Of a stretch of 64,000 nt of DNA, positions 30,401-40,034 are shown one piece after another. A program made the position numbers and the translations under genes. Origin of the DNA: Ruminococcaceae bacterium UBA1425 (GTDB lineage: Bacteria; Bacillota; Clostridia; Oscillospirales; Acutalibacteraceae); contig DCUB01000012.1 of assembly GCA_002329365.1 (NCBI GenBank), forward strand, positions 34,245-98,244, written 5' to 3'. Below the pieces are notes generated by a model. That model did not search any database, was not told the origin of the DNA, and saw nothing but the letters and a program-made list of their open reading frames with translations. Numbering within the stretch: the stretch's first letter is position 1; the number at the start of each line of letters is the position of its first letter.

Positions 30401-30736
30401 TTATTCCGCTTCCCTGAGCACAAGGGTGATGTGGGATGTCTTCTTGTTGATTCTGAAAGCTCTTCCCTGAGCTCTCGGCCTGATGCGCTTGAGCGTCGGG
30501 CCCTGTCCCACCGTACACTCGGCTATATAAAGGTTTTCGGGATCCATATCGTGGTTGTTCTCGGCGTTAGCAATTGCCGATTTAAGAAGCTTTATAAGCG
30601 GTTCACACGCGGCCTTAGGCGTGTGTTTAAGAATTGCCATCGCCTTGTCGACGGGTTGGTTACGGATAAGGTCGAGCACTATCTGAACCTTTCTCGGCGC
30701 AATGCGGACATAAGTCACTGATGCTTTTGCTTGCAT
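30401..30736 (-). CDS. rplV: 50S ribosomal protein L22
   Basis: Family sequence and operon order. Confidence 0.95.
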   Translation of the reverse strand: MQAKASVTYVRIAPRKVQIVLDLIRNQPVDKAMAILKHTPKAACEPLIKLLKSAIANAENNHDMDPENLYIAECTVGQGPTLKRIRPRAQGRAFRINKKTSHITLVLREAE

Positions 30737-30759
30737 TGATTACACACTCCTTTCGACCG

Positions 30760-31044
30760 TTATTTGCCTGTATTTGAAGTCTTTGAGCCTGCTGCGTGGC
30801 CCTTAAAGACTCTTGTAGGCGCGAATTCTCCGAGCTTGTGGCCTACCATATCCTCGGTCACATACACGGGAACATGCTTGCGCCCGTCGTGAACCGCGAA
30901 TGTGTGACCTACGAAATCGGGGAATATAGTGGAGCTGCGGCTCCATGTTTTGATTATTTGCTTTTCGCCTTTTTCGTTCATCCTGACGACTCTTTCGAGC
31001 AGCTTGGGCTGCACGAACGGTCCTTTTTTAACGCTTCTGCCCAT
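30760..31044 (-). CDS. rpsS: 30S ribosomal protein S19
   Basis: [10 protein letters not shown]. Confidence 0.95.
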   Translation of the reverse strand: MGRSVKKGPFVQPKLLERVVRMNEKGEKQIIKTWSRSSTIFPDFVGHTFAVHDGRKHVPVYVTEDMVGHKLGEFAPTRVFKGHAAGSKTSNTGK

Positions 31045-31061
31045 TGATGTCTGCTCCTTTC

Positions 31062-31895
31062 TTATTTGTCGTTACGGCGTTTGACTATCATTTTACCTGA
31101 GGCCTTTTTCTTTGAGCGCGTCTTGTAGCCAAGCGCGGGCTTGCCCCACGGTGTTACCGGTCCGGGACGGCCAATCGGGCTCTTGCCCTCGCCGCCGCCG
31201 TGCGGGTGATCGCAGGGGTTCATGACGGAGCCTCTTACGGTAGGTCTCCAGCCCATGTGGCGCTTGCGCCCCGCCTTGCCTATTTTGACGTTTTCGTGTT
31301 CGACGTTTCCGACCTGTCCTACCGTTGCCATGCAGCCCATGGGAACCTTGCGAAGCTCGCCCGAGGGAAGACGGAGAAGTGCGTAGTTGCCTTCCTTAGC
31401 CATTAGCTGCGCGTAGTTGCCGGCCGCGCGCGCCATCTGACCGCCCCTGCCGGGATTCATCTCGACGTTGTGGACAACAGTACCTGTGGGAATCGCGGAA
31501 AGGGGAAGCGCGTTACCCGTCTTGATGTCGGCGCCTTCGCCCGAAATGACAACGTCGTTCACCTTTAAATCGGCGGGAGCTAAGATGTATCTCTTTTCGC
31601 CGTCCTCATACTGAAGAAGCGCTATGTGAGCAGACCTGTTGGGATCGTACTCTATGCTTGTTACGGTTGCCGGAATGTTGAACTTATCTCTCTTGAAATC
31701 GATTATGCGGTACTTTCTGCGGTTTGCGCCGCCGCGGTGGCGTACCGTTATCCTGCCGTAGCTGTTGCGGCCGGACTTGTTTTTGAGGGGAGCCAGCAGG
31801 CTCTTTTCGGGTGCCTTCTTCGTCAGCACCGAGTAATCTGTAACCGACATGTTTCGTCTTGCGTTTGTTGTCGGGTTGTATATCTTTGTCGACAT
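31062..31895 (-). CDS. rplB: 50S ribosomal protein L2
   Basis: Start at [14 protein letters not shown]. Contains GGGEG and HPHGGGEGK. Confidence 0.95.
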   Translation of the reverse strand: MSTKIYNPTTNARRNMSVTDYSVLTKKAPEKSLLAPLKNKSGRNSYGRITVRHRGGANRRKYRIIDFKRDKFNIPATVTSIEYDPNRSAHIALLQYEDGEKRYILAPADLKVNDVVISGEGADIKTGNALPLSAIPTGTVVHNVEMNPGRGGQMARAAGNYAQLMAKEGNYALLRLPSGELRKVPMGCMATVGQVGNVEHENVKIGKAGRKRHMGWRPTVRGSVMNPCDHPHGGGEGKSPIGRPGPVTPWGKPALGYKTRSKKKASGKMIVKRRNDK

Positions 31896-31968
31896 TTGTT
31901 TCACTCTCCTTGAAGCGGCTTTGCGGAGCATGCCGTACTCCATACGTTACCGCCGGATAATTGGTGGA

Positions 31969-32265
31969 TTACATCATTCCGTCAAAGAACTCGATGGTCT
32001 TGGAATCCTCGGTCAGGGTTACGATAGCCTTTTTCCAAGAGGGCGTGTAGCCTTCAAACCTGCCCTGCCTGCGGAGATGACCCCTGACGTTAATTGTGTT
32101 GACCTTCTCGACCTTGACCTTGAAAAGCTCCTCGACCGCCTTCGCGATTTCTATCTTGTTCGCGTCCTTCGCAACCTTGAAGGTGTACTTCTTGAGCATT
32201 GCGCCGGTCATGCTTTCTTCTGTGATAATGGGCTTGAGGATAATGTCGTATGAAGTTTTCATCAC
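31969..32265 (-). CDS. rplW: 50S ribosomal protein L23
   Basis: Family sequence. ATGA overlap with rplD. Confidence 0.95.
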   Translation of the reverse strand: MMKTSYDIILKPIITEESMTGAMLKKYTFKVAKDANKIEIAKAVEELFKVKVEKVNTINVRGHLRRQGRFEGYTPSWKKAIVTLTEDSKTIEFFDGMM

Positions 32266-32885
32266 GCGTAGACCTCCTCTATCCTGCTGACGGAATCCTT
32301 AAGCACGAGCAGTGTGTCGCAGTTAAGAATGTCGTAAACGTTAAGCGTGCTGACAAGAGTGGTTTTTACGCCGGCAATGTTTCTTGCGCTCTTATAGATG
32401 ATATCGTCCTTTTCGGGGAGAACCAAAAGAGTTTTCTTGCCGGTTTTGAGGGCGTCGAGCACCTTGACGACGTCCTTCGTCTTAATGGCGTCGAGCTTTA
32501 AGCTGTCGAGCACCGTCATTTCACCGTCTGCCACCTTGGAGGAAAGAGCCGACTTTAAAGCAAGCCTTCTGACCTTCCTGTTTATTGTAAATCTGTATGA
32601 ACGCGGCTTGGGACCGTGGGAAACTCCGCCGTGATACCACTGGGGAGACCTTGTTGAGCCCTGCCTCGCGCGGCCCGAACCCTTTTGCCTCCACGGCTTT
32701 TTACCGCCGCCGCTGACTTCACTGCGTGTAAGTGTGGACTGAGTGCCCTGACGCTGATTAGCCAAATAATTGACAACACACAGGTGCATAACCGGTACGT
32801 TGGGCTCGATGCCGAATATGGCGTCGGAAAGCTCTATTTCAGAAATCTTCTCGCCCGCCGCATCGAATACTGGTACGTTTGGCAT
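32262..32885 (-). CDS. rplD: 50S ribosomal protein L4
   Basis: Family sequence and operon order. Confidence 0.95.
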   Translation of the reverse strand: MPNVPVFDAAGEKISEIELSDAIFGIEPNVPVMHLCVVNYLANQRQGTQSTLTRSEVSGGGKKPWRQKGSGRARQGSTRSPQWYHGGVSHGPKPRSYRFTINRKVRRLALKSALSSKVADGEMTVLDSLKLDAIKTKDVVKVLDALKTGKKTLLVLPEKDDIIYKSARNIAGVKTTLVSTLNVYDILNCDTLLVLKDSVSRIEEVYA

Positions 32886-32901
32886 GTTACTTACTCCTTC
32901 C

Positions 32902-33534
32902 TTACTTCTTTACGCTGTCCGAAATGAGAACTATCCCGCCCTTGGGGCCGGGAACGGCTCCCTTTATAGCAATGAGATTGTTTTCGGCGTCAACTTTGAT
33001 TACGTTCAGATTCTGGATTGTCACGCGCTCGTGACCGAGATGACCCGCGAGCTTCTTTCCCTTATATACTCTTGAGGGGTCGGAGCATGCGCCCAGCGAG
33101 CCTGCGTGCCTCGCGACGGGACCAGTGCCGTGCGACTCCTTGAGCCTCGCGAAATTCCATCTTTTGATGGAGCCGGCAGTGCCCTTGCCCTTGCTTGTGC
33201 CGACGACATCCACACAGTCGCCGGAGGCGAAGATGTCGGCCTTTATTATGTCGCCGACGTTCAGAGAGCCTATGTCGTCAAGCTTGAACTCCCTGAGTGA
33301 CTTTTTGGGAGCCGTGTTTGACTTGTCGAAGTGCCCCTTCATGGGCTTTGTGACTCTCTGCACCTTGACGTCACCGAAACCCAGCTGAACGGCCTCATAG
33401 CCGTCGTTCTCGATTGTTTTCTTCATGATAACCGTGCATGGACCCGCCTCTATAACCGTTACGGGAACAACGTTTCCGTGCTCGTCGAAAAGCTGCGTCA
33501 TGCCGATTTTCTTGCCTATCAGACCTTTTACCAT
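32902..33534 (-). CDS. rplC: 50S ribosomal protein L3
   Basis: [16 protein letters not shown]. Confidence 0.95.
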   Translation of the reverse strand: MVKGLIGKKIGMTQLFDEHGNVVPVTVIEAGPCTVIMKKTIENDGYEAVQLGFGDVKVQRVTKPMKGHFDKSNTAPKKSLREFKLDDIGSLNVGDIIKADIFASGDCVDVVGTSKGKGTAGSIKRWNFARLKESHGTGPVARHAGSLGACSDPSRVYKGKKLAGHLGHERVTIQNLNVIKVDAENNLIAIKGAVPGPKGGIVLISDSVKK

Positions 33535-33646
33535 TTTTTCTCCTCCTTCTGGTTATTGGTTGACTTCGTCAACGTGACCACGGTCGGCAGGATTGCAGAA
33601 GCTTCGGTCTAAAAGCTCCGCCAAAGCGCCGCCTGTCTTTTCTCAA

Positions 33647-33958
33647 TCAGAGCTTAATCTCGATTTCCACGCCTGCCGGAAGCTCAAGGCCGGTAAGAGC
33701 CTCGACTGTCTTCTGCGACGGCCTGATGATGTCGATAAGCCTCTTATGAGTTCTCTGCTCAAACTGCTCGCGGGAGTCCTTGTATTTGTGGACTGCGCGA
33801 AGGATCGTAACTACTTCCTTTTCGGTGGGAAGCGGCACGGGACCTGAAACCTGGGCCCCTGTTCTCTTTGCCGTTTCGACTATCTTCTCCGACGCCTTGT
33901 CGACGATGCTGTGGTCATAGCCCTTGAGCCTGATCCTGATTTTTCCCTTAACTGCCAT
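33647..33958 (-). CDS. rpsJ: 30S ribosomal protein S10
   Basis: [10 protein letters not shown]... Confidence 0.95.
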   Translation of the reverse strand: MAVKGKIRIRLKGYDHSIVDKASEKIVETAKRTGAQVSGPVPLPTEKEVVTILRAVHKYKDSREQFEQRTHKRLIDIIRPSQKTVEALTGLELPAGVEIEIKL

Positions 33959-34279
33959 TTACGTCACGCCTTTCTTTAGTTGGCTTCGTTTTGAAGCCGT
34001 ATGTAGTTTTGGCGGGCTTCCTTCAACTTGCTGCAACCGAGCCGGGTGTTTCGGCGCTTACCGATATAAAAACCGGAAAACAATATGTATTTTCCGGGTC
34101 AACGGCCAAGTTGAAAGCACAATCCTGATTTTTCCGGCGCAAGGGAAGCGCCGAAAGCAGGGTCTGCATAGATCGCCCGGTTTAAAATCGGACATACTCC
34201 GCGGAAATTTCCCGTCTCGAGGACGGCCACCTCCCGCATCAACGCATATCTAACGGCACGTTCGAAGAACGCACTTAAG

Positions 34280-34308
34280 TATATTATCACAGGAATAACG
34301 ATAATGCA
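34280..34308 (-). promoter_or_regulatory. Candidate S10-operon promoter (TTGCAT, 17 nt spacer, TAATAT on the minus strand) with an A/T-rich upstream tract
   Basis: Read on the reverse complement. It implies a leader of about 320 nt (33959-34275). Confidence 0.45.
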
Positions 34309-34443
34309 AGCTTTTTTTAAAATTTTTTTTCATATTTTTCGGGTTTTTCGCGGTTTTATTATTGACCGGAACGCGCGCCGCAGATATCAGCACTGATATA
34401 TATAATGTAATACATCAATAAACATCAAAACGATTAAAATATT

Positions 34444-34474
34444 GCGTAGGGAACGGTCTTGAACGTTCCGAAAC
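34444..34474. repeat. Family A REP-like unit (GCGTAGGGAACGGTCTTGAACGTTCCGAAAC)
   Basis: Direct reading. Confidence 0.8.
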
Positions 34475-34557
34475 CCAGGCGTTGATACAGGCCTTTTTTC
34501 AAGATAGGGGCGAAACTGTCAATAAAGAGCTGAAAAGATTATGAGCGAAGCATGGAT

Positions 34558-34635
34558 AGATTCTTCGCTTCGCTCAGAATGACAGGGTTCTTCCCGCTTT
34601 GTCATCCTGAGGCGCAGCGCGCCGAAGGATCTTGC
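34558..34635. repeat. Family B repeat pair in inverted arrangement
   Basis: GATTCTTCGCTTCGCTCAGAATGACAGG ... TTTGTCATCCTGAGGCGCAGCGCGCCGAAGGATCTTGCG. Confidence 0.8.
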
Positions 34636-34654
34636 GATAGAAAGCTTCTTACTG

Positions 34655-34766
34655 CCTGCAAAACGGACAAGACCGTTCCCTGCTTCAATATTGTAATGTG
34701 TATACCATGAGTTTACACACCTGTTTACCATGTTACTCTTGACACAAGACCGTTCCCTGCTTCAGG
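34655..34766. repeat. Degenerate family A unit plus an exact 21-nt direct repeat (ACAAGACCGTTCCCTGCTTCA at 34667-34687 and 34744-34764)
   Basis: Direct reading. Confidence 0.75.
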
Positions 34767-34798
34767 CTTTTGTCTTCAAACAAAATCTTCATAACCTG

Positions 34799-34827
34799 TT
34801 GACAAAAGCTGCGCTACGACATATAAT
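34799..34827 (+). promoter_or_regulatory. Consensus sigma-A promoter (TTGACA, 17 nt spacer, TATAAT) for the ArsR operon
   Basis: Perfect hexamers about 55 nt upstream of the ATG at 34883. Confidence 0.7.
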
Positions 34828-34834
34828 AAAAACA

Positions 34835-34858
34835 ACATGTGAATACATGTTCACATGT
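34835..34858 (+). promoter_or_regulatory. Candidate ArsR/SmtB operator: perfect 9-bp inverted repeat ACATGTGAA-N6-TTCACATGT
   Basis: Lies immediately downstream of the -10 element and upstream of the ArsR gene. Confidence 0.6.
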
Positions 34859-34882
34859 TCACCGCAAAGGAGCTGAAAAAAC

Positions 34883-35221
34883 ATGGCTGAAAAGAGCGGA
34901 AAAAGCGGCAGTCACGCCGTCAGGGCCGTAAGCACCGAGCAGCTTTATGATTTGTCGGAGCTGTACAAGGTGTTCGGCGACAGCACAAGGATTCGCATAT
35001 TATACGCGCTTTTCGAAAAAGAACTCTGCGTCTTTCACCTTTCAATGGAGCTTAACATGGGCAGGAGCGCCGTGTCGCACCAGCTTCGCATACTCCGCTC
35101 GGCGGGGCTTGTACGTCCGCGCCGCTGCGGCAAGGAGGTCTACTATTCGCTTGACGACGAGCATGTGCGCGAGATAATCGGCGCGGGACTTAAGCATATA
35201 AATCATAAGCAGGCGCGGTGA
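34883..35221 (+). CDS. ArsR/SmtB family metalloregulatory transcriptional repressor
   Basis: wHTH pattern LFKVFGDSTRIRILYAL...ELCV..L......S.SAVSHQLR.LR...LV..RR.GK.V.YSL.D.HV. Confidence 0.9.
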   Translation: MAEKSGKSGSHAVRAVSTEQLYDLSELYKVFGDSTRIRILYALFEKELCVFHLSMELNMGRSAVSHQLRILRSAGLVRPRRCGKEVYYSLDDEHVREIIGAGLKHINHKQAR

Positions 35222-35314
35222 TGAAGGTCGGGGAACGCGCCGCCGTTACAGATACAGGTAATTATTAATATCGGTCAATCACTTCACAGCCGAAATATCA
35301 GAGGGGGAGCGAAA

Positions 35315-36031
35315 ATGACAATACTCGAAGCAGTCGACATGAGGCGTTCAAGGCGCAGCTACACGGGCGAACCGCTGACGGCTGCCGACGCGGACGCGCT
35401 TAACAAAATCATTTCGGACATCAATAAAAAGGGAAACCTTAACTTCAAGCTTGTCGTCAACAATACGGCGGCGTTTGAAAAAACGAGAGCGACATACGGC
35501 TTTTTCAGCGGGATTAAAAACTATATTGTCGTCGCCGGTCAAAGCTCCGACAATCTGCTTGTAAAGCTCGGCTACTACGGCGAGCAGATAGTGCTTGAAG
35601 CGACGCGTCTGGGGCTCGGAACCTGCTGGGTCGGCGGCAATTTTGACAAAAAAAGCGTCGCCGTGCCGGACGGGGTAACATTATACGGCGCGATTTTAGT
35701 CGGCTATGCAAAGAATAACAAAACCTTGAAGGAAAAGGTCATTTCTTCGGCGTTAAAAAGAAAGACAAAGACAATTGAAGAAATGTCGGAGGGGCTTGAA
35801 AACGCGCCGTTATGGTTTGCGGGCGGCATGAAGGCGCTTCAGAAAGCGCCTTCGGCGATAAACTTACAGCCCGTAAAGGTCCGTTATAAAGACGGCACCG
35901 TTACAGCTTCGGTGGAAGGAAAAACAAGGCATCAAAGCGTTGACCTCGGCATAGCAATGTATCACTTTGAGATAGGCTCCGGCGGAGGAACGTGGGAGCT
36001 TAGAAATCACGGAAAGTTTGAGAAGGATTGA
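35315..36031 (+). CDS. Nitroreductase family protein
   Basis: RRSRRSY N-terminal motif and about 238 aa length typical of the family. Confidence 0.7.
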   Translation: MTILEAVDMRRSRRSYTGEPLTAADADALNKIISDINKKGNLNFKLVVNNTAAFEKTRATYGFFSGIKNYIVVAGQSSDNLLVKLGYYGEQIVLEATRLGLGTCWVGGNFDKKSVAVPDGVTLYGAILVGYAKNNKTLKEKVISSALKRKTKTIEEMSEGLENAPLWFAGGMKALQKAPSAINLQPVKVRYKDGTVTASVEGKTRHQSVDLGIAMYHFEIGSGGGTWELRNHGKFEKD

Positions 36032-36043
36032 AGGTTCGGATAA

Positions 36044-37918
36044 ATGAAACACGAATGCGGATGCGATTCCTGCGGCGCTGCCTGCGCGGAGGAGAAGAAC
36101 GTTCACGGCTACCGCTTTGAGATAATCAAGATTGCCGCCGCCGCGCTCCTTTTCGGGCTGTCTTACATTCCGTCAATGAGCGAAACGGTTTCCTGCATAA
36201 TGCAGGCCGCGGCGGCCCTGCTGACGGTTTACGGCTCGGCAATCGAAGCTGTCGAAAAGCTGCTTGAAAAAACGATAAACGAGGATGTTCTGCTCGTTAT
36301 CGCGGTTATTGCCTCCTTTGCCATCGGCGAGTTCGGCGAGGCTGCCGCCGTATCGGTTCTTTACAAAACAGGCGAGCTGCTCGAGGACTTTGCGGCTGAC
36401 AGAAGCAGGCGTTCCATAAAAGCGCTGTCGGAGATTCGCGCAGATACGGCGAATATACGCGACGGCGATACACTGCGCGCAGTCCGCGCCGAAACGGTGG
36501 AGGTGGGCAGCGAAATTGTCGTGCTCCCGCACGAAAGAATACCTCTTGACGGGGTTGTCCTGTCAGGCGGCTCGTTTACGGACGCTTCGGCTCTGACGGG
36601 CGAGAGCGTTCCGCTTGAGGCAGTTCCCGGAACGCAGGTGCTGAGCGGAATGATGAACGGCGAGGGCACGCTTGTTGTCCGCACCACGCAGCTTTTCGGG
36701 GATTCGACGTCGTCACGGATTATTGCCATGGTCGAGGAGGCGGCGGAGCGAAAGGGCAACGCGCACAGGATTATAACACGCATTGCGAAATATTATACGC
36801 CGTCCGTCGTCGGCGCGGCGGCGCTTATTGCCGTCGTCCCGTCGCTCATAACGGGCATCTGGCACGAGTGGATATATAAAGGGCTTGTGCTGCTTGTGGC
36901 GTCCTGCCCGTGCGCTCTTGTGCTGAGCGTGCCGATGAGCTTCTTCGCCGGAATGGGCGCTGCCGCAAAAAAGGGGATTCTCGTCAAGGGAGGGTTGTTT
37001 GTCGAAAAGGCCGCCGCTGCGTCCGCTGTTGTTTTTGACAAAACGGGAACACTCACCACCGAAAAGCTAAAGGTCGGCAAAACAAGGGGATACAACGGAT
37101 TTTCAGAGAATGACGTTTTGAAATTCGCAGCGGCTGCCGAGCGCGTTTCAACGCATCCCATAGCGGCAGCGATAACGGAAAAGGCGGAGCTTTTTGATAT
37201 AAGTACGGATTACGGCAGAGAGTATGAGGAAATAGCCGGAAAGGGTACACGCGTTTTCGCTTTAGGCAGGGATATCCTGTGCGGCAGCAGGCGGCTTATG
37301 GAGGAGCGCGGCATAAGCGTTCCCGACGACGGCGCGGCCGTATATGTGTTGGTCGACGGAGTTCTTGCGGGCAGCGTAGAGATTGAGAGCGAAACAAGAA
37401 AGGGTGCTTCGAAGCTTGTCGGGCGTCTGCGCTCACTCGGCATAAAAAAGATTGTTATGCTGACGGGCGACGGCGAAAAGCAGGCGGCCGGTACGGCGGC
37501 GGAGTGCGGCATCGACGAATATTACGCGGGGCTTCTGCCAGAAGGCAAGCTTAAAGCCATGGAGAAAATAAAAAGCGAGTCGAAAACCGTGCTGTATGTC
37601 GGCGACGGGATAAACGACACTCCCGCGCTTGCATACGCCGACGCGGGCGTCGCCGTCGGCTTCGGCACTCAGGCGGCGCGCGAAACGGCAGACATCGTGC
37701 TGACGGGCGGCATAGAAAGGCTTGCCGACGCTATTGCGATGTTCCGCCGCGTGATGAAAACCGTGCGTTTTAACATATTTTTTATCTTTGCCGTCAAGCT
37801 TACGGTCATGGCGCTCGGCGCGGCCGGATACGCACCTATTTGGGCTGCCGTTTTTGCGGACGTGGGCGTTTTGCTTATTACAATGCTCCTTTCGGTTGGC
37901 ATATTGGTTAAGAGATAG
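36044..37918 (+). CDS. Heavy-metal translocating P1B-type ATPase (Cd/Zn/Co class)
   Basis: CPC motif (SCPCALVLS), DKTGTLT, GDGINDTPAL, and a Cys-rich N-terminus (HECGCDSCGAAC). Confidence 0.92.
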   Translation: MKHECGCDSCGAACAEEKNVHGYRFEIIKIAAAALLFGLSYIPSMSETVSCIMQAAAALLTVYGSAIEAVEKLLEKTINEDVLLVIAVIASFAIGEFGEAAAVSVLYKTGELLEDFAADRSRRSIKALSEIRADTANIRDGDTLRAVRAETVEVGSEIVVLPHERIPLDGVVLSGGSFTDASALTGESVPLEAVPGTQVLSGMMNGEGTLVVRTTQLFGDSTSSRIIAMVEEAAERKGNAHRIITRIAKYYTPSVVGAAALIAVVPSLITGIWHEWIYKGLVLLVASCPCALVLSVPMSFFAGMGAAAKKGILVKGGLFVEKAAAASAVVFDKTGTLTTEKLKVGKTRGYNGFSENDVLKFAAAAERVSTHPIAAAITEKAELFDISTDYGREYEEIAGKGTRVFALGRDILCGSRRLMEERGISVPDDGAAVYVLVDGVLAGSVEIESETRKGASKLVGRLRSLGIKKIVMLTGDGEKQAAGTAAECGIDEYYAGLLPEGKLKAMEKIKSESKTVLYVGDGINDTPALAYADAGVAVGFGTQAARETADIVLTGGIERLADAIAMFRRVMKTVRFNIFFIFAVKLTVMALGAAGYAPIWAAVFADVGVLLITMLLSVGILVKR

Positions 37919-37920
37919 AA

Positions 37921-38004
37921 TTGCGGAACGGTCAAGACAAATCCCTGCACGTTGTTTTCCGAAGCTATGGAAAAATTGCAGGGATTTGTCTTGACCGTTC
38001 CCTA
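37921..38004. repeat. Long form of the family A element: perfect 25-bp inverted repeat (37925-37949 / 37977-38001) with a 27-nt loop
   Basis: GGAACGGTCAAGACAAATCCCTGCA ... TGCAGGGATTTGTCTTGACCGTTCC. Starts 3 nt after the ATPase stop. Confidence 0.9.
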
Positions 38005-38163
38005 TATTACAGTTTTATACAGCCTTATCAGACTTCGATACTGCCCTTATTTAGATATAGATAAAAAAAGAACCGCGTCCATATGCCCCAGCGTCGCGCC
38101 TTGCGTTAAACGCAGGCACGATGCACGTTGATATGACACGATTCCGCAGAATCTAACGGTAAA

Positions 38164-38430
38164 TTACTGCTCGGAAAAGCCGGAATTCACAAGCTTAATA
38201 AGCTCGTCTACCGCCTGCTCCTCGTCGGAGCCGCCGGCTATGATGCGGATTTGAGTACCGCCCATAATGCCGAGCGAAAGAACGCCGAGAAGGCTCTTTG
38301 CGTTTACCCTGCGCTCTTCCTTCTCAACCCAGATAGACGACTTGAATTCGTTTGCCTTCTGAATGAAAAAGGTCGCCGGACGCGCGTGTAGTCCCACCTG
38401 ATTCTGAACAACAACATCTTTAACGTACAT
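38164..38430 (-). CDS. ptsH: Phosphocarrier protein HPr
   Basis: GLHARPA (His15) and NAKSLLGV (Ser46) motifs. 88 aa. Confidence 0.92.
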   Translation of the reverse strand: MYVKDVVVQNQVGLHARPATFFIQKANEFKSSIWVEKEERRVNAKSLLGVLSLGIMGGTQIRIIAGGSDEEQAVDELIKLVNSGFSEQ

Positions 38431-38658
38431 AGCTTATATCTCCCACACAAAAAGATTTATATCACCATAACACAGTCGTTATTATATCACAAAATACCAC
38501 TGCTTAATTGTCAAATAAGATTTTAAGTATATTTCGGTAGCTCAGCCAAAGATGGACAAATTATAGACGTCCGCTTTGGTTATTTTGACAATATTTGCAG
38601 GCATTTTTATGTAATATAGCTGAAATTTGCTGCTACATTATATGCAATAAGCCATAAA

Positions 38659-39243
38659 TCAGAGCTTAAGTATTATTCCGGCCGCCGCGGAAGCGGCAAT
38701 ATAAACAACAGGATGCAGCTTGCCGAGCCGCTTAAAGCGGGTAAGAATCACGATTGCAGCAAAGAGCAAAACGGCGCTGATGTTAAAGGAGCCCGAAACG
38801 GCCGAAAGGCTTTGCGGCATGTACAAAAACAACGTTTCCCGTACAACGAGCCAGCCCGCGGCGGCTATAAGCCCCGTCACGGCGGGACGAAGACATGAAA
38901 ACACGCTTTTGACGTAATTATTTGACATGTATTTCTCAAGGAAACGCGATATTATCAGGATTATTATCGCGGACGGCAGGACAATGCCGACGGCGGTAGC
39001 CATTACGCCGGGAATGCCGGCGACCTTGAAGCCGACATAAGTCGACATGTTTATTCCGATAGGGCCGGGCGTCGATTCGGAGACGGCTATCATGTTTGTA
39101 AGGTCCTCGGTCGAAAACCAATCAGGATGACTCTGGCTCATACGCATAAGAAACGGCAGAGTTGTCAGCCCGCCTCCTACGGCGAAGACGCCCGTTACGA
39201 AAAACTCATAAAAAAGTACGGCGAGAGTTTTTAAATATGTCAT
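38659..39243 (-). CDS. Chromate transporter (short-chain CHR family, C-terminal-type half)
   Basis: GGG.TTLP and PGP...N motif pattern, about 6 TM. Overlaps the partner gene by 4 nt. Confidence 0.8.
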   Translation of the reverse strand: MTYLKTLAVLFYEFFVTGVFAVGGGLTTLPFLMRMSQSHPDWFSTEDLTNMIAVSESTPGPIGINMSTYVGFKVAGIPGVMATAVGIVLPSAIIILIISRFLEKYMSNNYVKSVFSCLRPAVTGLIAAAGWLVVRETLFLYMPQSLSAVSGSFNISAVLLFAAIVILTRFKRLGKLHPVVYIAASAAAGIILKL

Positions 39244-39836
39244 TCCTTTCGCCTCCTTTTCCCGTAAACGAGCCCGAAAAGCGAGGCGCCGATAACGACG
39301 AAAACAGGCGAGCTTCCCAAAACGGCGACGACGACAAACGCGGCTACACAGAGCGCAATCTCCGTCACACTGCGGACATCGCTTTTAACAAGGCGTATCA
39401 CCGCAGATGTGATAAGCGCCCCCGCCGCGACCCTTATCCCGGAAAGCGCGTGCCGGACCGCCACTATTTCGGCGAAGCTTTCAAAAAGAGCGGCAATGAC
39501 GGTTATAACGATAAGCGAAGGAAACACCATTCCCGCCATTGCCGATACAGCGCCGAACGCCCCCTTTTGCCTGTAACCGATGAACATAGAGGTGTTGACG
39601 GAAATTATTCCGGGCATACACTGACCTATCGCGAAATAGTCAAGGATTTCCTCCTGCGTCGCCCAGCCGTTTTTATCGACGACTTCACGCTGAAGCAGCG
39701 GCAGCATGGAGTATCCGCCGCCGAAAAGGAAAATCCCGATTCTGAAAAAAACGCCGAAAAGCTTAAAATACTCCTTCAAGCCAAACCCGTCCTTTTGATG
39801 AATAGTGATATTATTCCTGAAATATAATGATATCAT
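39240..39836 (-). CDS. Chromate transporter (short-chain CHR family, N-terminal-type half)
   Basis: FGGGYSMLPLLQREVV and QCMPGIISVN motifs. Confidence 0.8.
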   Translation of the reverse strand: MISLYFRNNITIHQKDGFGLKEYFKLFGVFFRIGIFLFGGGYSMLPLLQREVVDKNGWATQEEILDYFAIGQCMPGIISVNTSMFIGYRQKGAFGAVSAMAGMVFPSLIVITVIAALFESFAEIVAVRHALSGIRVAAGALITSAVIRLVKSDVRSVTEIALCVAAFVVVAVLGSSPVFVVIGASLFGLVYGKRRRKE

Positions 39837-39947
39837 ACCGCAGGCAATCGTTCAAGGGCAAACGGCAATAAACCCATACGATAATAATCATCCGTGGTTT
39901 TTGCGCGTTGTTACAATTCATTAATCAAAAATTAACACTTCTGACCA

Positions 39948-39976
39948 TTGAAAAGCTTTTCCCTGTATGATAAAAT
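39948..39976 (+). promoter_or_regulatory. Sigma-A type promoter (TTGAAA, 17 nt spacer, TAAAAT) upstream of the lipoprotein gene
   Basis: Direct reading. Confidence 0.45.
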
Positions 39977-40034
39977 AAATTAGTGTTTATGTATCCTCAA
40001 ATTATCGTCGGTCAGGGGAAAGGAACTGATATCA

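Noticed and set aside
34519-34731. 70-aa ORF (…PCHSERSEESIHASL…) in the rpsJ-ArsR intergenic region
   Set aside because: It is a translation of family B and family A repeat units. The same peptide-like strings would appear wherever the repeat occurs, so it is not a gene.
38040-38163. Possible terminator downstream of ptsH, marked by a T7 tract on the minus strand near 38064-38070
   Set aside because: I could not find a convincing stem immediately preceding the T tract (only about 4 bp), so I did not call it as a feature.
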